A stretch of DNA of 63,692 nucleotides, the filler included, from Aduncisulcus paluster (taxonomy: Eukaryota): NCBI GenBank assembly GCA_024181965.1. It is 6 parts of 6 records of this genome, joined end to end, with 100 filler letters (N's around TTAATTAATTAA, not from the genome) between each part and the next. Parts side by side here need not be neighbours in the genome. Positions count along the whole stretch, not along the records: positions 58,047 to 63,692 come from BQXS01011302.1; 5 more parts are not named here. One strand, written 5' to 3'. Made by a program: the position numbers and the translations under genes. This document shows positions 58,667 through 63,692 of this stretch, one piece after another (positions within the stretch are counted from its first letter, which is position 1; each line of letters begins with the position of its first letter). The notes under the pieces are model-generated. The model did no database searches. It was not told where the DNA came from and was given only the letters and a program-made list of their open reading frames with translations.

Positions 58667-61401
58667 TTACATCTGGTATGATGATTCATCTCCCCCAATT
58701 CCAGTAATACTAGGAAGCAGAGACATTCCTTCCTCAAAGCTTGGGAGTTGGCCTGAGGAGTGTTCTGTTCCCAAGGAAGTGTTCGGAGAGATTGATGGAT
58801 GACTGTGGAAACTCGGACTAATGCTTAGGGAAGGCCGATGAAGAATGTCGTCATGGGTTTCATCATCAGCTCCGAACGGTGGTCTCTCTGAAGAAATAGG
58901 ATTGTCTTCTATCTCTCCATCACTGCTGGATGATGGGGAAGAACGTAATCGTCTTTCCAAACTCATGATCTGTGATTTGGGAAGCATTTGGGGACCTAAA
59001 CAAATAAAAGGATTTCTAGGCACTATCCCACACTGTTGTTGCAACTGAATGATCTCAACAAACGATAATAGTCGAGAGTTATGTGTTCTGAATATACTAA
59101 TCTCCAATTCACCCCACAGTTTATCTGCAATTGTCTTCAGCAACTTGCTTAATTTTCGTAAATTATATAGATATTGAATAAACGAAGTTATTGTGAACGA
59201 TATAGCTTCCAATCTAAAATTACGGGCAATCTTTGGAGCACCTCGACCGATAACTTCAACAAACACACCTAATCCAAGAACTCTACAAGAAATATAAATA
59301 TAAATATAAATATAAATGAAATGAATAAATAAAATAATAAAATAAAAACATACGGTCCTAACGCAGATGATAATCTTCGTCTTTGATGGCCTGTGACAGA
59401 AACAATATCTTCTCTTGACATTTTACCACTACACAGTGCAGTGGCTACACTTGACACAATGGATTCTACAGATTGAGCATATCTGGCCCCTCGTTTATCT
59501 ATAGGGGTTAATTTGGGATATTCCAGCATTGAGGAATCGTATAAATTCTTAAATGAATCGGCAGGAATACCATTGCTAATAATATTAAGAAGAACAAAGG
59601 ATGGATGCGAACACAAAAGAGAACGAACAGAGGAAATCGAATTGGTTGAAGGATCAATAACAGGGGAAACTTCATCCCATGTTCTAAAAATAGAATATGA
59701 GATAATTGAATGGAAGAGAGAGATCGGATCTTCTTGTGTGAGTAGCGAGAAAGGTTTCAAAGCCTCAACAAATTCAAATTGTTTCTGGCTAATTTCAAGA
59801 GCTTTGTTATCTCTATATCCTCCATTCTTACGTCGGTATGTTCGAACTCTCTTGGGAGATGCAGAGGTAATGTGTTTGGTTGTCACATGCTTAATTTCCT
59901 GTACTTTTTTGTTTTTCCTTCCCCTACCTTTCCCTCTTCCTCGCTTTCTAGTCGTGTGATTGGGTGTGTATGAATCGCTGAATAGGCTATCTTCCTCGTC
60001 AATTGTGAATACGCTATCTTCTTCTTTCTTTCGCCTTTTTTTCTTTGATACAGGAGTTGAAAGTTCATCCATCTCCTCTTCCTCTTCCTCTTCTTCATCA
60101 ACAATGAGGTCATCTAGAGGCAATCGTCTCAAACCTCGCCCTCTTCGTTCATCCTCTTCTGTTGTCCTCCATTTTCCACCTTCCGGAACGGCTTCACTGG
60201 GCTCCTCAAAGGTAACGACGACAGAATTAGATTCATTCTCATCTTCTTCAATCGATTCCTCATCCAATCCTTCCTCACCCTCACCGGGAAATGGAGTGCG
60301 GGATGTCGAGCGTCTCCATTCTTCCGAGGATTTTCGAATCATGTCGGACATTTCCAGTTTATCCATTTCTTCTTGAAGTAACTTATCAGATCCGTTCAGA
60401 AATAAAGCTTGTTCCTGCATTTCCCTTTCCCTTGCACGTTCTGAGGTTTCATGAGAGGAAATAGGAGCAGCTTGGGTGTCAGCTCCAAACTCAGGTTTTG
60501 TGGTTTGACTGAAGAGGGATGAGGCACTAAAAGGAAGGGAAGACGAAGAGTATTGGTTATATTCGTTAGACTCCCTTTGCATAGAGGACAAATAAGTTGA
60601 GGATCTACTAGTATCTGGATAGTGCATTCGATCTCGGAGGAGAGAATCGGCAACATTGGACTCCTGCTCAAGAAGAAGTTGCTGTTCTCGCGCAGAATGA
60701 GGGTGTGCACTTGTCTGGAATAGGGAAGAAGTAGAAGAAGGAAGCTGAGCTGACGGGAAAAGCATGCCTGAATCCCTCTGTCTGAGCTCATCGCCTCTCT
60801 GGTCGAATATGAAGTCGTAGCCATGGTCAATAGATGAAGCCAATCTATCACGGGTATGCGACGGTGTGAATTCATCGCGGAACAAGTTTGTTGTTGCATG
60901 TTCATCCATTGACATCCCACCCATTTCGAGTCCAAGAGTGTCTGACGTTGTAGGTGGGTATTGAATACCAGCGGATGGAGAGACGGACGGACGAGTCACT
61001 GAAATAGGATAAGATGGGGTTGGAAAGGAGGGAGATTGGAAGGATTGAAAGTCTCCGGGCATTGGAGGAACCAGACCTGACGAAAGGAAGGGGAAATCAC
61101 CTTTCCTACGTTTTCCAGGCCCATAATCTGGAGAAGGAGTGTGCATAAGAGTACCATCATCGACAGGAAAAGGAGAATAAGGGAAATGAGCCGTGGGGAT
61201 GGAAGGGAACTGGTCGACTTGAAAACTACTAGTACTTGGAGGGAAATCAAAGCCAAATTGTTGTTGATCCTGTTGTTGGGGAGGATATGATGATTGGTAT
61301 GGGAGTTGATCAAATTCTATCGCATCAAACTGAATGGATGGTTGAGGGTCTGCTTGAAAGAATTTTGGTTGTTCTTTCCCATCTTTTTCCCGAGATAACA
61401 T
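58667..61401 (-). CDS. divergent E2F/DP-like winged-helix protein, complement(join(58667..59282,59354..61401)), about 887 aa
   Basis: GTATGT...TTGTAG intron 59283-59353 joins two ORFs in frame, giving MSREDIVSVTGHQRRRLSSALGPVLGLGVF; the gene model is well supported, the family call is tentative. Confidence 0.6.
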
Positions 61402-62083
61402 TATAAAAAGATTAAAAATGATAAAAATTAACCAAAAAATATCAGAAAGTAATGTTAACTTCGGCGTACACTTGTTCGTAATAAAAAAACGAAGTACGAA
61501 GTATTAACGTATTCAATATCAATAAAAATTCATTATATCGCGTAATATCTAAATAATAATGATATTTTGAACAAAATAAAACAAGAATTACCTGTTTATC
61601 TGCCATTCAATACGACATTTTAATTTTTATACATAATCACAATATTGAAATATCGCAATAATGACACGGCATAGGAAGAAAATAATGTTGAAACAAACAA
61701 ATAACAGGTATTTAAATTTATGACATATTTTTTCTTCAAAAATGGGATCTTTCTATCAAACAAAGGAGAAAAAAATCAAAGGTGTGGAAGATGATATAGA
61801 GGATTCATGGAGATTTAACCATATAATAATAAATATCATAAGTATTTTTGATTTTGATTTAATGTTTATTTTGCTTTAATTATTGTATTAAACGAGATAA
61901 AAACAAACTTTCTATCGACTAGAATAGAATATTAATTTCTATTTTTGTTCATGTTTTGATTCGTAACATCAAATTAAATATATTTTGAGTTATGCATTGA
62001 TATATTTGTTCGACATTCGGTGAGATATTCTTTTTGATTTTTGTTTTTGCGTTTTTGTCATATCTATAAACAGTCAATGCACA

Positions 62084-63692
62084 ATGAATCTTTTTAAATT
62101 TGCTCTAATGGGTAATATGTATAATAAGGGCTTGATGTCTGAGAAAGCTCGAATTTCTGATCAATTACAACATATTGAACATCTCAAGCATGACGTAATG
62201 GAAAAAAGGAAAGAAATGGATAGAGATTCGGATAAAATAGCTAAGAAAAAAGAGAAAGTTGAGGAAAAGGATGAATATCTTCAATCCCAAGAGGATGCCA
62301 TACGAAAACGGCGCCGAGATGTCGAAGATCTCCAACACAAAGTATTAATGAAACAAAGTGAAATTGAGCGGCTATGGGATGAGGTTACAAGTGAACGTCG
62401 TAAGTTGGATGAGAAGGCTGAGAGTATTTTGGATTATGAAAAGGATTTGAAGGAGGTTGCAAGACGTATTTCTAACGATTCTGAGGCATTAAAAAGAGAT
62501 AAAGAAGCATTTCTAGATGAAAAAACGCGGATAACCAGTGAAAGAAGCGCCCTTTCGTTAGAATATGAGGCTTTTCAGAGAGAAAGAGAAGAATTTGAAA
62601 AAATTAAACGGGAATTTGAAACTGAAAAACGGACTTATTTTGCCGACAAAGAGTCATTTACTGATGAAAAGAGTCGAATTACGAATGAACGAACTTCTCT
62701 GACATATGAACATGAAAAGATTCTACGGGAGAAAGATGAGATCGAAAAGGTCAAGAGAGATATGGAAAAGATAAAAAGGGAACTTGAATCCGAAAAAAGA
62801 AGCTTTTTTACTGACAAACAGGCATTTACTGATGAAAAAACTCACATTTCCTCCGAAAGAAGTTCCTTATCCATTGAAATTGAGTCGTTAAAACGTGAAA
62901 GAGATGAGATTGAAAAGGCTAAGAGAGAAATAGAGTCTGCGAAACGTGAGGTTGAGAGACAACGGCTTGATGCTGAGCAAAAAAATGATCAAGATATGCA
63001 AGCTTCACATCTAAAAGAACTCCAGCTTACAACTTTACGCGAAGATCTGAATCAAAAGGAGTCTAGATTACAAGAATGGAGTGAAGATATTGCAAGAATG
63101 CAGCATGAACTTGATGTTCAGACTCAGAAATTGGAGAAAGATCGCACTTTCATAGAACAACTTAAGTTTGAGCATGAAAGAGTTCAGATAAAAGCCGAGG
63201 AAGAGATGTCACGCAGGTTACGAGAATTGGAAGAATCTATGGACGCCGAGAAGAGAGAATTAGCAAGCCAGCTCCGTCAAACGCTCCAAGGTGAACGGTT
63301 TCAGGTTGAAGAAGACAAACGCAGGCTTGCCATGGATCTTGATGAGCTTGATCGTCTTCGTCGGGACAGGAAATACGGTGAAGAAAAGGTAAAAGAAGCC
63401 ATGGAGAGAGTTTCACAGATGGAGAAGGCTGTTATTGCCAAGAACGAAGAGTGTAACGTTCTACTGGATGAGTGTCAGAGAAAGTGTCAACAGATGATAA
63501 AAGATGCTCAAGAACAGGTGGAAGACCTCAAGAGAGAAGCGGCGAAAGAATTGCGTGACCATGCAGAGGAAGTTGAAAGGAAAGCAAGGGCCAAAGCTAA
63601 GAAAATTGAACATTTGGCCGAGGAAGAAATTTCCAAACGCAAGTCGACGATTGAATATATACACGATAAGTTGGAGAAAGAAAGAGTGGAAC
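62084..63692 (+). CDS. long coiled-coil protein, 3'-partial (absent from the ORF track)
   Basis: Frame is open to the window end; three 49-56 aa repeats DK(E/Q)xFxDEKxxIxxERxxL; start uncertain. Confidence 0.8.
   Translation, partial: MNLFKFALMGNMYNKGLMSEKARISDQLQHIEHLKHDVMEKRKEMDRDSDKIAKKKEKVEEKDEYLQSQEDAIRKRRRDVEDLQHKVLMKQSEIERLWDEVTSERRKLDEKAESILDYEKDLKEVARRISNDSEALKRDKEAFLDEKTRITSERSALSLEYEAFQREREEFEKIKREFETEKRTYFADKESFTDEKSRITNERTSLTYEHEKILREKDEIEKVKRDMEKIKRELESEKRSFFTDKQAFTDEKTHISSERSSLSIEIESLKRERDEIEKAKREIESAKREVERQRLDAEQKNDQDMQASHLKELQLTTLREDLNQKESRLQEWSEDIARMQHELDVQTQKLEKDRTFIEQLKFEHERVQIKAEEEMSRRLRELEESMDAEKRELASQLRQTLQGERFQVEEDKRRLAMDLDELDRLRRDRKYGEEKVKEAMERVSQMEKAVIAKNEECNVLLDECQRKCQQMIKDAQEQVEDLKREAAKELRDHAEEVERKARAKAKKIEHLAEEEISKRKSTIEYIHDKLEKERVE

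Overview
Gene-dense, intron-poor genomic DNA from a flagellated, probably anaerobic microbial eukaryote. A free-living Fornicata/Carpediemonas-like metamonad is my inference, based on GTATGT spliceosomal introns, axonemal genes, a flavodiiron protein and Ser/Glu-rich protein style. The window has six segments joined by artificial 100-bp spacers (44 N + TTAATTAATTAA + 44 N), so adjacency across them is unproven. It also has three 20-N gaps, two of which have duplicated flanks that split single genes. About 30 protein genes are present, including eL38, TTC5, CCDC24-like, Spg1/Tem1, a PZP protein, PHD-bearing Scc2/NIPBL-like, FDP, EBP1, eIF4E, RSPH4/6, alpha-tubulin, GGH, DNAI2, VPS29, dynamin, AK8-like, thioredoxin and an E2F-like protein. 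Several were missed or split by the ORF track. The most unusual items are a membrane-anchored flavodiiron protein, a ComEC-type MBL hydrolase, a flavin-reductase domain inside a large disordered protein, a TA-flanked MITE in a gene relic next to a tandem/inverted repeat array, and an orphan AGC-kinase C-terminal fragment. I found no CRISPR array, rRNA, tRNA or intact transposase, and no multi-gene novel system can be firmly claimed.
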